A DNA stretch of 33,967 nt, counting the filler, from Piptocephalis cylindrospora (lineage: Eukaryota), in NCBI GenBank assembly GCA_003614145.1. It is 16 parts of 16 records of this genome, joined end to end, with 100 filler letters (N's around TTAATTAATTAA, not from the genome) between each part and the next. Parts side by side here need not be neighbours in the genome. Positions count along the whole stretch, not along the records: positions 21,389 to 23,411 come from KZ989103.1; positions 23,512 to 25,527 come from KZ989104.1; positions 25,628 to 27,642 come from KZ989105.1; positions 27,743 to 29,757 come from KZ989106.1; positions 29,858 to 31,866 come from KZ989107.1; positions 31,967 to 33,967 come from KZ989108.1; 10 more parts are not named here. One strand, 5' to 3'. Under the pieces are notes generated by a model. The model did no database searches and had not been told where the DNA came from. It worked only from the letters and a program-made list of their open reading frames with translations. How positions within the stretch are numbered: the first letter of the stretch is position 1; each line of letters opens with the position of its first letter. This document shows, piece after piece, positions 23,072 to 33,967 of this stretch. A program made the position numbers and the translations under genes.

Positions 23072-23592
23072 GGATATATTCGTATGAGTCAATATGCTCC
23101 TTTTTCCCCGTAGCTTTCATCAAATGTTTTTGTGAATACTAGTAATCGGCGTGATTACCCCCCCTCTCTCATCCGTCAATGTATTCATCCCAAAAGGAAG
23201 GCAGTGTACATTTATCAAGGTTGTCCATTACTTCCATCAAGATATCTCTCTGGATCCCAGATCCATTTTCAGTACGGCCATAACTCCACCGACCAAATGC
23301 AGACTTCCCGTGACAAGAATACGGAAAGATCTTGCGTTAGTGTCATATTGATGTTGAATGTCCCGAACGACCTCTTCAATGGATGGAAGGACATGGACTA
23401 TTCCAGCTTCCNNNNNNNNNNNNNNNNNNNNNNNNNNNNNNNNNNNNNNNNNNNNTTAATTAATTAANNNNNNNNNNNNNNNNNNNNNNNNNNNNNNNNN
23501 NNNNNNNNNNNCTTCCCTCTCCCTACTTTCCCATCCCTCATCCCCCATCCCTCATCCCCCATCCCCTGTCCCCAAGAACATTTAAATCAACC

Positions 23593-24970
23593 ATGTCCAG
23601 TCTAGTCGAACAACTCTTTCCGTTCCCTGTGAACGCTCACGCCTTTAACAAGGATAGGTCCCGTAAGTCCGGGTGGGGCGGTCTGTCCCTTTTGACCTCC
23701 ACACCCACTAAAACACAAGCCATCCATCCTTGCCTATAGAGGTGGCCATTTGCCCCAATAGCAATCAAGTGCACATTTATGAACAATCTGGTTCAGCTTG
23801 GAACCTTCTCCACGTCCTCAAGGAGGTAAGCTGCTGTGCATCCTAGTACTATATCCTCCGACTCATTCCATTCCTCTAAGCATGATCTCTTGGTCACATG
23901 CATCGACTGGGCCCCGGAATCCAATAGGCTGGTGACATGTGGTCAAGATAGGAACGCTTACGTGTGGAATATGGAGGAAGGAACGAACCAGTGGAAGCCT
24001 ACCCTAGTGCTTCTGCGCATCAACCGAGCGGCCACCTTTGTCCGATGGTCCCCTCGAGAGGATAAGTTTGCCGTGGCTTCTGGGGCCCGAAGCGTGGCTA
24101 TCTGCTACTTTGAAGAAGATAATGACTGGTGGATGAGCAAGCACCTGAAGAAACCCATCCGTGCCACTGTCTTATCCGTGGACTGGCACCCCAACAATGT
24201 CCTCCTTGCTGTCGGAGCCGCGGACATGCGGGCCTATGTGCTCTCGGCCTTCATCAAGAGCCTGGACTCCAAGCCTGCCCCGGGACCATGGGGAGAGAAG
24301 CTTCCCTTTAACACCCTCTGTGGGGAATTTATCCCCCCAGCCGGGGGCTGGGTCCATGCTGTGGCCTTTTCCCCCTCTGGGGATGCCCTGGCCTTTGCCG
24401 GACACGACTCGAGTCTCACGGTCATTTACCCGGGATCCGGGTCCAAAAGCGTAGTAAAGAGCACGGGCCTCCCTTACGTCTCTATTAGCTGGTTGTCCGA
24501 AGAGCATATTGTGGCTGTTGGCCATGATTGCTGCCCTGCCTATTTTGTTGCTCGAGGCTCCGAAGATTGGTAAGTAGGGTGGGGTACGGGGACATAAAGG
24601 AAGATGAGATGGGCACTTACGCCCCTCTTACAGGGTATTTGACCGGGCTATCAACCGAAAGGAGGCCAAGAAGAACGCGCCCTCTGCTGGTTCCAGTGCC
24701 TTCAACATGTTCCGTCAGATGGACAGTCAGGGATCCTCCAGATCCTCCTCTTCCAGTGGTGACGCCAAGGACCTGAATACTCTGCACCAGAATACCATTA
24801 CGTACGTTTTTTGTTGTTGTTCTTCCTTCCTGTATCATTATGACCTTTTACTTATCCTCCCCTTCCCTCCCGATCCTAGGATGGTCCGTCCCTACAAGTT
24901 GTCTGGTCCTCGGGTGGAAGAGTACAGTACTTCTGGTCTGGATGGACGACTTGTGATCTGGGCTGTGTGA
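23593..24970 (+). CDS. ARC40: Arp2/3 complex subunit ARPC1/p40 (WD40)
   Basis: Exons 23593-23662, 23740-23825, 23881-24569, 24634-24801 and 24880-24970. Motifs [83 protein letters not shown]. Confidence 0.97.
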
Positions 24971-25694
24971 GCGCAGGCATGTCATTAGAGTGGAGATGTA
25001 TGTGTGTGCTGAGGAGGATAGGGTCCTCATTGAGACTGAGATATGGGTGTGTGTGTTGGGGTGTGTGCTAAGAAGGATAGGATTGGTACTCTCTGGGCTC
25101 ATTCTTTACTCGACTGTGAGGAGCACCTCATGTTCCTCACTCGGATGATGTTTGTGAACGAGGAAAATGTGAATGAAGTGAAAGGTTTATTCCAATCGTA
25201 AGAATGTGAGATGCAAGCCTACCCAGATGACCGATAGTGTAATCTAAACAGAATAACCGCACAGATCATGGGGGGTGCCCTTAAAACCCACGATAAAATC
25301 ACCTTGAAGCACTTGTCCAGGAGGCATTGGATGAGAGGATCTGTCCCTTCTTATCTCAGTGCACTCGGTATATATTTGTCCAAGAGATCCCCTCCCCCAT
25401 ACGACGCAGTCTCATCCATTATAGTACCTAACTAGCAGGGTGACATGTCAAAATCAGCATCATGAATTCAGCCGATTGGAATATTCCTTTATCCACAGAG
25501 AGGTGCTGGAGGATAGCTCAGATGAGCNNNNNNNNNNNNNNNNNNNNNNNNNNNNNNNNNNNNNNNNNNNNTTAATTAATTAANNNNNNNNNNNNNNNNN
25601 NNNNNNNNNNNNNNNNNNNNNNNNNNNTCTCCCTCCCCACTCCACCCCGTCCTTTTCTCTCTCTCTTCCCTCCCCCCCCCTCAAGGATCTCATC

Positions 25695-27477
25695 ATGTCC
25701 TTCAGTCACCAGAAACGCCCTTCCCAGTTTCACTCGCAGTATCACCACCGACAAAAGGGCAAGGCCCCCGTCGAGTTGCCTGTGGTCAACGAGTCTGACA
25801 TGGTGCGAATCACTCCTTTGGGCGCTGGGAACGAAGTGGGGCGATCCTGCGTCCTATTGCAGTACAAGGGCAAGACCGTCATGGTAAGTTCCTCCCGTAT
25901 CATCCTACCCGCCCACTCTCATCCCTCCTCCCCTCGCTCTCCTGAACAGCTCGACTCGGGCATCCACCCAGCCTACAATGGCATTGCTGGGCTTCCCTTC
26001 TTCGACACCGTTGATCTAACCCAGGTCGACGTGTGTCTCGTCACTCACTTTCACCTCGACCACGCCGCATCCCTACCCTACCTCATGGAAAAAACCGACT
26101 TTTCCGGCAGAGTCTTCATGACCCATCCAACAAAGGCCATCTACAAATGGCTCCTCTCCGACTACGTCAAGGTCAGCAACACCTCCTCCGATGACCTTTT
26201 CTACGATGAGCACGATCTGGCTCGAAGCTACGACCGTATCGAGGCCATCGACTATCACCAGCAGGTCGAGGTCGAAGGCATTCGCTTTACCAGTTACAAT
26301 GCTGGCCATGTCCTGGGTGCTGCCATGTTTCTCATCGAGATTGCAGGAGTCAAGGTTCGTCTTGACCCGCCCATCCCCGTCATCCTCCACCATCCCGCTC
26401 ACCCTCCCCATCCATAGATTCTCTACACGGGTGACTACTCCAGGGAGGAGGATAGGCATCTTATGGCTGCAGAAAAGCCCCCTCACGTCACTCCCGATAT
26501 CCTCATCTGTGAATCCACCTACGGGGTGCAGTCCCACGAACCCCTTCTCGATCGCGAAAGCCGCTTTACCTCCCTGGTCCGCGATATTGTCCTAAGAGGC
26601 GGCAGGTGTCTCATGCCCGTCTTTGCCCTCGGTCGGGCCCAGGAACTCCTCCTCATCCTCGATGAGTACTGGGCCGCCCATCCCGAACTCGAGCATGTCC
26701 CCATCTACTACGCCTCCTCCCTCGCTAAAAAGTGTATGGCCGTCTACCAAACTTACATCAACATGATGAACCATAAAATCAGGCGTCAGTTCGCCATTTC
26801 CAATCCCTTTATCTTTAAATTCATCTCCAATCTCAGGAACATGGACAACTTTGAGGATGTCGGTCCCTGTGTCATGATGGCCAGTCCCGGTATGCTTCAA
26901 AATGGTGTTTCTCGTGAATTGCTTGAACGTTGGTGTCAGGATCGGAAGAATGGTCTTGTCATTACCGGGTATTCTGTGGATGGGACGGTTGCCAAAGTAA
27001 GAGGGGAGGGGAGAGGAGGGAGGGGGAGAGAGAGAGGGAAAGAAGGGGGAAAAAGTGAAGCCTCTTCTTCCCGTCAACTCACTCACCCTCCTCCACACAT
27101 AGCATATCTTAAGTGAGCCCTCGGAAATTACTAGCATGGATGGCCAATCCCTTCCACTGCGCATGTCTATTGATTACATCTCCTTCTCCGCCCATGTTGA
27201 CTTTACCCAGAATAGTCAATTTATCGAGGAAGTGAATGCTCCCCATCTAGTAAGTTCTACGACATGTGGGGATGGTCCACCTTGGCCTATCCTCCTCACC
27301 GCTCTCTCCTTCTCCCGGCCGCGTTAGATCCTTGTTCACGGGGACAGTAATTCCATGACCAGATTAAAGAGCGCTATGCTAAGTAGGTACCAAGATAGGG
27401 ATCAGACCATTCACATTTATACTCCGAGGAATTGTGAAACTGTTTCTCTTCACTTTCGAGGAGAGAAGACTGCCAAG
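25695..27477 (+). CDS. YSH1: mRNA 3'-end processing endonuclease CPSF73/Ysh1 (3'-partial)
   Basis: Exons 25695-25883, 25950-26354, 26418-26996, 27103-27249 and 27328-27477. Motifs [72 protein letters not shown]. Confidence 0.97.
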
Positions 27478-27742
27478 GTAAGGGAGAAAAGAGGAGAAAA
27501 GGCCTTTTTCCCTCGTTTCCTTATCCCCCCCCCCCCCCCCCCCCCCCTTTCTTCTCTCTACAACACCCTCCTCATCTAACCTAAAAACAATTATATACAC
27601 CCCCCCCCCCTTCTCAGGATCCCAGTCCAGGAAGGTAGAAGANNNNNNNNNNNNNNNNNNNNNNNNNNNNNNNNNNNNNNNNNNNNTTAATTAATTAANN
27701 NNNNNNNNNNNNNNNNNNNNNNNNNNNNNNNNNNNNNNNNNN

Positions 27743-29757
27743 ATCCAACCATCTTTAAACCTCAAAGGACAATATATCAGGCAAAATTACACATATGAAG
27801 CGAGAAGTAGGGATCCAAGAGGTAGACAAGGGGGGTGCTATGAATGCGTCCTTTAAAGCATTAGGACAAGGATAGAGATATAATAATAGATGCTACGCAA
27901 AGTATTCATCCTTTTACTATCCAAGTCAACACATATATACAGTATGCATACATTCTCTCCAGTAAAGATGGCCCCTTGACACTTTTTATCACATTTTTTG
28001 AGCAGGGCTAGCCCACATCTCAACCAACCCTCAATCAGTATTTTCAGTACTAAACTTTAGCACTAAACTTTAATATCCAGCACCTCGGCACCAACTCAGC
28101 TATATCTTAAGGGAGATGATTCATATCGATCAGAGAGTCACAGGGAGTATTGTAGGTAGTAAGAATACAGTCCTAGTATTAGGATACAGATATACAGGAT
28201 TCTACACAAAGCATTCTTCAACAACCATCCAAGCCAACACTTTTATAGTATGCGCACATTATTTCTAAAATATTAATTACTTCTCATCTTTGATGACGTT
28301 TTTCATCAGCCCAACCAACATGTCAGCCAACCCACATTTTCAACCCTCAGCCAACGTTTTCAACCCTACACTTCAAAGTCTAATATCTCAGCCCCAAATC
28401 AATCATATTCAATGGGACTGGATGAAGATCACTCAAATAATCACAAGGTCTACCATGATGGCCTGATTTAGGATACGATACTAGGTCAAGGGTACAGATA
28501 TGCAAGATATTCCACAAAGGGTTCCTTCAATATACATCCAAGTCCCTCCATATGTAAGATGTATACTCTATCTTCAACAAGAATGATAACTTTACATTTC
28601 TGAAGACACATTTCTTGACCCATCACAACCAATACCCTAGCCAACATCCCAACCAATATTCTCAACCCTCAGCCAACATTTTCAACCCTAAGCCAACATT
28701 CTCAACCCATACTTATGCATCTGGAACGGGAGTTGGGTAAGAGCACTTGTATGACTCCAGAGGGTGCTGTCAATGTCTAGATCAATAGTAGGGGATAAGC
28801 ATACAGATATATTAAGACATGCACTGATATATTCTTTTATATTCTTCTATATTCTTCAAGTCCACCATATTTTATGACATATACTATCTCCAACAAAGAT
28901 GACTTTTTCTCGTTTTTAATGAACCTTTTCTTGAGCAGGGCTAACCAACATCAGAACCATGATCCCCGCCAACATCTCACTCTTTGAACTTCAAAGTTTA
29001 ATATCTCACCTCAGACTTGATCATATGGAATGGGAGGTGGGTGACAACAATTTCATGGCTCCAGAGGATGCTGTGGTTGTCTAGGCAAATAGTAGGGCAT
29101 AAGCATACAGATATATTAAGACATGCACTGACATATTCTTCTGTTGTTTTCAGATATATTAAGACATGCACTGACATATTCTTCTGTTTTCCTTTATATT
29201 CTTTTATATTCTTCTAATTCTTCCAAGTGCATCCATATTTTATGACATATACTATCTCCAACAAAGATGACTTTTTCTCATTTTTAACGATCCTTTTTTT
29301 GAGCACGACTAAACCAACATTCCAACCCACATGCCCAATCCACATTTTCAACCCTAGCCAACAACCCTTGACCAACATTTTCAGCCCTAAGCCAGCATTC
29401 TCAACCTCCAGCTTTAAAGTCCAATATCTCAGCCTCAGCTCAACCATACTCAACGGGAGGGGGTGAGAATTAATGGGATGGGCTCAAAAAACACTGTGAT
29501 GGTATATTTTAGAATACTAAGGCAAGGATACAGATATGAAATGTATTACGTAGAATGTTCTCTCTTTTGTTTCCCAAATCCATCCATATACACTTTACAT
29601 ACTCCACCTTCAACAAAAATGTCATTTTCACATTTATGAAGGAATTTTTCTTGGCCCATCATGACCAATAATCCAATCAACCCTCAACCAATATTCTCAA
29701 CCAATATTCTCAACCCTCAGCCAACATTTTTAATCGTAAACTTTAAAGTCTAATACC
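27743..29757. repeat. AT-rich diverged tandem repeat (satellite-like), about 305-310-bp unit, about 6 copies
   Basis: A (G/C)ATACAGATAT-like landmark recurs near 27870, 28182, 28490, 28800, 29103 and 29526. Each is followed by related blocks (TCCAAGT..CATAT, CAACAAAGATGAC, CAACCCTCAGCCAACATT, CTT(C/T)AAAGT). No credible ORF. Confidence 0.85.
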
Positions 29758-30068
29758 NNNNNNNNNNNNNNNNNNNNNNNNNNNNNNNNNNNNNNNNNNN
29801 NTTAATTAATTAANNNNNNNNNNNNNNNNNNNNNNNNNNNNNNNNNNNNNNNNNNNNATAGGGTGTATGCATTGATCTGTCAGCTATTACTGTTTGCCAT
29901 TTAAGAATGGTTTAAGCATATTAACAGAATGGGTCTCATTTTTTCCCCTTGAATCGTGTTTATGAACAATGCACCTTTCCCTTGCCGTGGGATGAATCAC
30001 AGCGATCCGTCCCCCGCCCACCACATATTTCATTCCTTCTGCCTTCCCATCCCTCTCACTAAGTGTCC

Positions 30069-31014
30069 ATGACCTCCAACTTTATTGCTAGTAGGCACCT
30101 TGATTTTGATTTCGTCCTTTGGGTAGAGAGGGTCTCAGCCACCGACATACCCTTCTTCCTTTACAGTCATTGCAGAGGTCGTTGGCCTGGGCCTGGGAAG
30201 GGGGCCGGCTAGGGTCGAGTGCCTAAGGACCCATCTGACCTCCAAGGACTTCCTCTCCACCTATCCTCAAGGTGAGTCTCTGGATCAGTGGATTGCATAA
30301 ACCTTCTCTCTTGCTGACCTATCCTTGCCATCCCCAGGGGGATATACGGGTGCTAGAACTGTGGGGAGGACTCGAGTAGTAGAGTTGAAGAGACACACGA
30401 CCAGACTGGCTAGCACTCTAGGTAGCCTGCCCTTACCTTATGAGGATGTATCTGGGGAAGCTATGAAGGCCCTACAGGATGAGTCTAGACTTTCTGCTCT
30501 CCTAGTGCCTTTACTGCGACAAGGTCTTAAGACGTGGGAGAAGCTGGTCCCGGGCTCTGAGGCCAAATTGATGATCTTGGGATGCTACGATGCTCAGGTA
30601 CGTGGGCCACATGAGGGAAGGCTCCAGGGTGAAGTTGCCTCTAGCTCACGCCTTCCCTAGTAGAAAAAATGCCCTCGACTTCTTACCCATATTTCGGCCT
30701 TAAGTATTCGACCAAGCTCTAAGCCAGATGGACAGGGTGTCCAGGTAGAAATGGGTGGGAGACCCCGGTCCAATCCCAAATGTAAGGATTCCCAATGGGC
30801 CCGGGATCGTCGTGTCCTGGAGGATACCATGGATCCGGAGAGCGACGAGATCATCCTGTGGGATGAGACAGGCCGTATTTATGAGGGACTCTCCTCCAAT
30901 TTCTCTATCCTTCACCGACCTCCGGGCTCCTCATTTCCCATCCTGTACTCAGCCCCATCCGAGGCTGTGTTGAGCGGGACGAGATCACTAAGCCCACCAA
31001 GGAGTCCTCATTGA
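30069..31014 (+). CDS. Class IV (D-amino-acid/branched-chain aminotransferase-like) PLP-enzyme family protein, apparently truncated
   Basis: Exons 30069-30090, 30167-30271, 30338-30597 and 30664-31014. Motifs FLSTYPQGGYTGART...HTTRL, RSNPKCKDSQW (candidate PLP lysine), EIILWDETGRIYEGLSSNF and VLSGT. The frame stops 11 codons after VLSGT. Confidence 0.78.
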
Positions 31015-31866
31015 TTAAGCCAGAGAAATCTGGTTTTGTATGGAAGGTAGTGCCGTTGACTCCCCCCCTCTTTCCCTCCTCCTCTGACGTATACACCCCC
31101 ATCTCCCCCTCCAGTATCGTGGGACGGTCGTATCCTTTGGAGTGCTGGTGACTGCCGTTGGCTTGTACCACATGTTTCAGTATGGTAAGAGATTGCGCCT
31201 GTTGTCTATCTCTGGGGAGGAGGGTTGGGTGCGTGTGTAGCACCAACTTTTTATCTTTTTATACCGGATTGTAATACCCGCAGCCCTTGGTGGTACCCTT
31301 TAGTGCTCCATCCAGGTTCTGTTAGCCCCCTTGGCCGGTCCATGCTACGTACTCTGGGTCTATGGAACAATGGACCCTTATGGACTGGTTCAGGTTGGGT
31401 GAGTCGAGGAGGGAGCGCGTTTGTCCAATGGATCAAGAGGTATCGTCCATCTCCATCCTCCTAATGCTGAGGCTAGGGGACATATCTCGTATAGGGAAGG
31501 AGTAGGGGAGGAAGGTGTAGAGACAGAGGATGGAAAAGTAAGGAAAAAAAATAGGTGGAGCGAGAAAGGGAGAAGGTGGTTGACGTTCATGGATGTTGAG
31601 ATTCCCAGGAGATAGGGTGTATACGTCAGAGGAGGAGGGAAAGAGGGGGGGAGTCAACGGCACTACCTTCCATACAAAACCAGATTTCTCTGGCTTAATC
31701 AATGAGGACTCCTTGGTGGGCTTAGTGATCTCGTCCCGCTCAACACAGCCTCGGATGGGGCTGAGTACAGGATGGGAAATGAGGAGCCCGGAGGTCGGTG
31801 AAGGATAGAGAAATTGGAGGAGAGTCCCTCATAAATACGGCCTGTCTCATCCCACAGGATGATCTC
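30847..31866. repeat. 252-bp inverted repeat (30847-31098 versus 31615-31866)
   Basis: The last 252 bp of the contig are the reverse complement of 30847-31098. Confidence 0.93.
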
Positions 31867-31966
31867 NNNNNNNNNNNNNNNNNNNNNNNNNNNNNNNNNN
31901 NNNNNNNNNNTTAATTAATTAANNNNNNNNNNNNNNNNNNNNNNNNNNNNNNNNNNNNNNNNNNNN

Positions 31967-32354
31967 GGACGAAATATTCGACTGCTCGCATCTTTTGTGG
32001 AGGATATACATTTCAGGCAGGATGGAGGCTCCTCTGAAGTATCTGGGAAGGAGGCCGCCTTACTCTGGGATATTGCCTCTATTGCTCACTTGGAGCCATC
32101 ACTGGATAAGGTAAAGGGGGAAGGGAGGGAGAGAAAGGGGGGTTTTTACTCATGTCATGGACGGCCCGCTGTAAATAGGGACTACTACAAGAAGGTGTGA
32201 GCATCAAGTCTACATTACCCATATATCTCTCGACTCTGACCCGAGCGATGGACATGGGAAGATCGGTAAGTGTGTGATGTGGTGCATTTTTAGGAGGAAG
32301 GTTCAGAGCTCCAACTTCTTGTCTCATTTTCGCCTCCTTTTCGGGAGGATGTGA
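31967..32354 (+). CDS. CSN6: CSN6 3' part, displaced to the opposite strand by an inversion
   Basis: 31967-32094 is the reverse complement of 32453-32580. It continues LEPSLDK, intron 32111-32178, GLLQEGVSIKSTLPIYLSTLTRAMDMGRS, and possibly a last exon 32307-32354 (SSNFLSHFRLLFGRM-stop), resembling the CSN6 C-terminal helices. Confidence 0.65.
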
Positions 32355-32452
32355 TGCAGTTTGGAAAGGATCTAGAAGGACTCAATGCACCCATGTTTGT
32401 ATCGCAAACGCAGAGTGGAGATGTTGGGGAGAGGCTTGAGGGTAGCGGAGGG

Positions 32453-33544
32453 TCCAAGTGAGCAATAGAGGCAATATCCCAGAGTAAGGCGGCCTCCTTC
32501 CCAGATACTTCAGAGGAGCCTCCATCCTGCCTGAAATGTATATCCTCCACAAAAGATGCGAGCAGTCGAATATTTCGTCCAAGGGCCTCCAGTGCGCTCT
32601 TTTGCTGCTTCAGGCCCTCAACCACCGCACTCTCCGTTTCCTCTTCTTCCTTTCCTGACCCTCGTGGTCCATCGGCTTCCTTGACCCTCCGGGCTGGATG
32701 GGCTCGCATCATCACATCATCCACCGCAATTTTCTCCACCCCGCTCATCACCATCTTTACCTCCACCGGTTGCGCTTTGACCCTGCCTTCAGATGCCTCT
32801 TGCTTCCCTGCTGACACGTCCCCTCGTTCCGTAAGTACCCGTAAATCAGGATATCCCCACATGGACTGTCTGATCCTCTCACTCAGATCAGTCCATCCCG
32901 AAGAAGTCGTCTTCGTATCCCCTGAGTCGGGAATAGGAAGGCCTAGAGGCAGGTGAAGATGCAGAGGGTCATCCAGCAACTCATGCATCTGTTTCTTTAG
33001 CTCATTCATCCTCACCATTCCCTCCATCCCTCTTTTCTGGTTATCTTCTTGATCTTTTCCGCCGCCTAGCTCATACCATCCCACGGCCTCCCAGTCTGGG
33101 TAGACTTGATAGACTAGTCCAAGATAAAGATGAGATAGATGAGCCATGTATCCCCCAGCCTATGCCACCTCATCCTTATACATACATTGAGATCGACGGG
33201 CATTCAATGCGCTCTCCTGGACACGGACCTCTCCCTCGGAGCATACACCCACCTCAAAGCTCGCCCACACCTCCACATGCCCCTCGCCCACCGTTTTTCC
33301 TAGTAGGATGCCCACCAAAGGCCTATCTAAACCTTCAGGTCGGGTGATATATCGTGTCCAGTGATCAGAGATGCTGAGTACCGCCAAGGCATGTCTAGTG
33401 GAATAGGCAGTGAGGTGGGAGGTGAGGTGGCCCAATATCCTCCAAGGGTTTCCCCAACTCCCCCCCTTACAAGGAGCATGTCCATCCGCTCGGTGGTACT
33501 GGATTAACAGGAGGATCCTGGTTTTGAGAGCGATCTGCTGACAT
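32453..33544 (-). CDS. CSN6: COP9 signalosome subunit 6 (MPN- domain), 5' part
   Basis: Exons 33544-33471, 33394-33186 and 33113-32453 give ...TCSLHALAVLSISDHWTR...LVGILLGK...VEVWASFEV...RRSQFYQVYPDWEAVGWY...VEKIAVDDV...LKQQKSALEALGRNIRLLASFV. This matches the CSN6 pattern (HPLxxxNISDHxxR; EQFxQVFxxxxxxGWY; ExIxVDxV). Confidence 0.85.
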
Positions 33545-33912
33545 GATATGCGAGAGTGGAAGGATAGAGGCGAGATGAGGCAATAGAGATCCTCCAAATC
33601 ACAAGTCTACCCCGTAGGAACTCCTTGAAGGTTATCAAGAATGACGATGAGCGGAGATTCGACGTAGTCAAATCCATAACGAAATTATACCTTTCTGTCT
33701 CAATTATGCATCCTAGTCCTGACACCTAGGGTGTTGGGGCTCGAGGTGCGTGTAAAGGGTAAATGTGGACTGCTCTGTTGTATATACTTGAGTAACAGCT
33801 GTTTCTTGTCGATGATGTTATGCAATTCACACATTAGAAAAAAGACAGCAATCAACGGTACATGTGTAGATGGATCATGTTGAGAAAGTCTTGGTAAGGG
33901 GACAAGGATAAT

Positions 33913-33967
33913 GGAAGAAGAGGAAACGGAGAGTGCGGTGGTTGAGGGCCTGAAGCAGCAAAAGAGC
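33913..33967. repeat. 55-bp exact inverted copy of 32596-32650 at the window end
   Basis: GGAAGAAGAGGAAACGG...CAAAAGAGC is the reverse complement of CSN6 sequence at 32596-32650. Confidence 0.93.

Noticed and set aside
23529..23566. 14-bp tandem CCCATCCCTCATCC upstream of ARC40
   Set aside because: Real, but an ordinary low-complexity C-rich leader like many others in the window.
31000..31480. Possible spliced minus-strand gene between the arms of the inverted repeat
   Set aside because: Intron-like signals exist but I could not build a consistent, identifiable protein, and the region is flanked by probable chimeric junctions.
2077..31966. Regularly spaced TTAATTAATTAA repeat as a CRISPR-like or biological array
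   Set aside because: Always embedded in 44+44 N and has stops in all six frames, so it is an artificial joining linker. ORFs ending in XXXX-LIN or XXXX-N are side effects of it.

Overview
This window is not one contiguous locus. It is 16 short contigs of about 2.0-2.1 kb, sorted by decreasing length and joined by 15 identical artificial 100-bp spacers (44 N + TTAATTAATTAA + 44 N), so adjacency across spacers means nothing. The DNA is eukaryotic and fungal-type, with short GT-AG introns. An early-diverging fungus is likely (inference from TKL/LISK and kinase-SEL1 genes and the gene structure). Recognisable genes: ADK1, APM3 (partial), VTI1, TMA16, ARC40, YSH1 (partial), CSN6 (split by an inversion), a class IV aminotransferase-like gene, a LISK-type kinase with a C1 domain, a kinase-SEL1 protein, two secreted-protein starts and a 55-bp PRO2 fragment. 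Several contigs carry exact 55-bp terminal repeats or fold-back inversions, typical of whole-genome-amplified (MDA) DNA assembled with k=55. The best biological candidates are (i) an SPX inositol-pyrophosphate-sensor domain fused to an ACT-like segment resembling the N-terminus of SerB-type phosphoserine phosphatase, (ii) an AT-rich, CpG-poor ~305-310-bp diverged tandem satellite, (iii) a divergent histone-fold-like protein with IGDESR repeats, and (iv) a bipartite motif shared upstream of two housekeeping genes. No rRNA, tRNA, CRISPR array or transposase was recognised.
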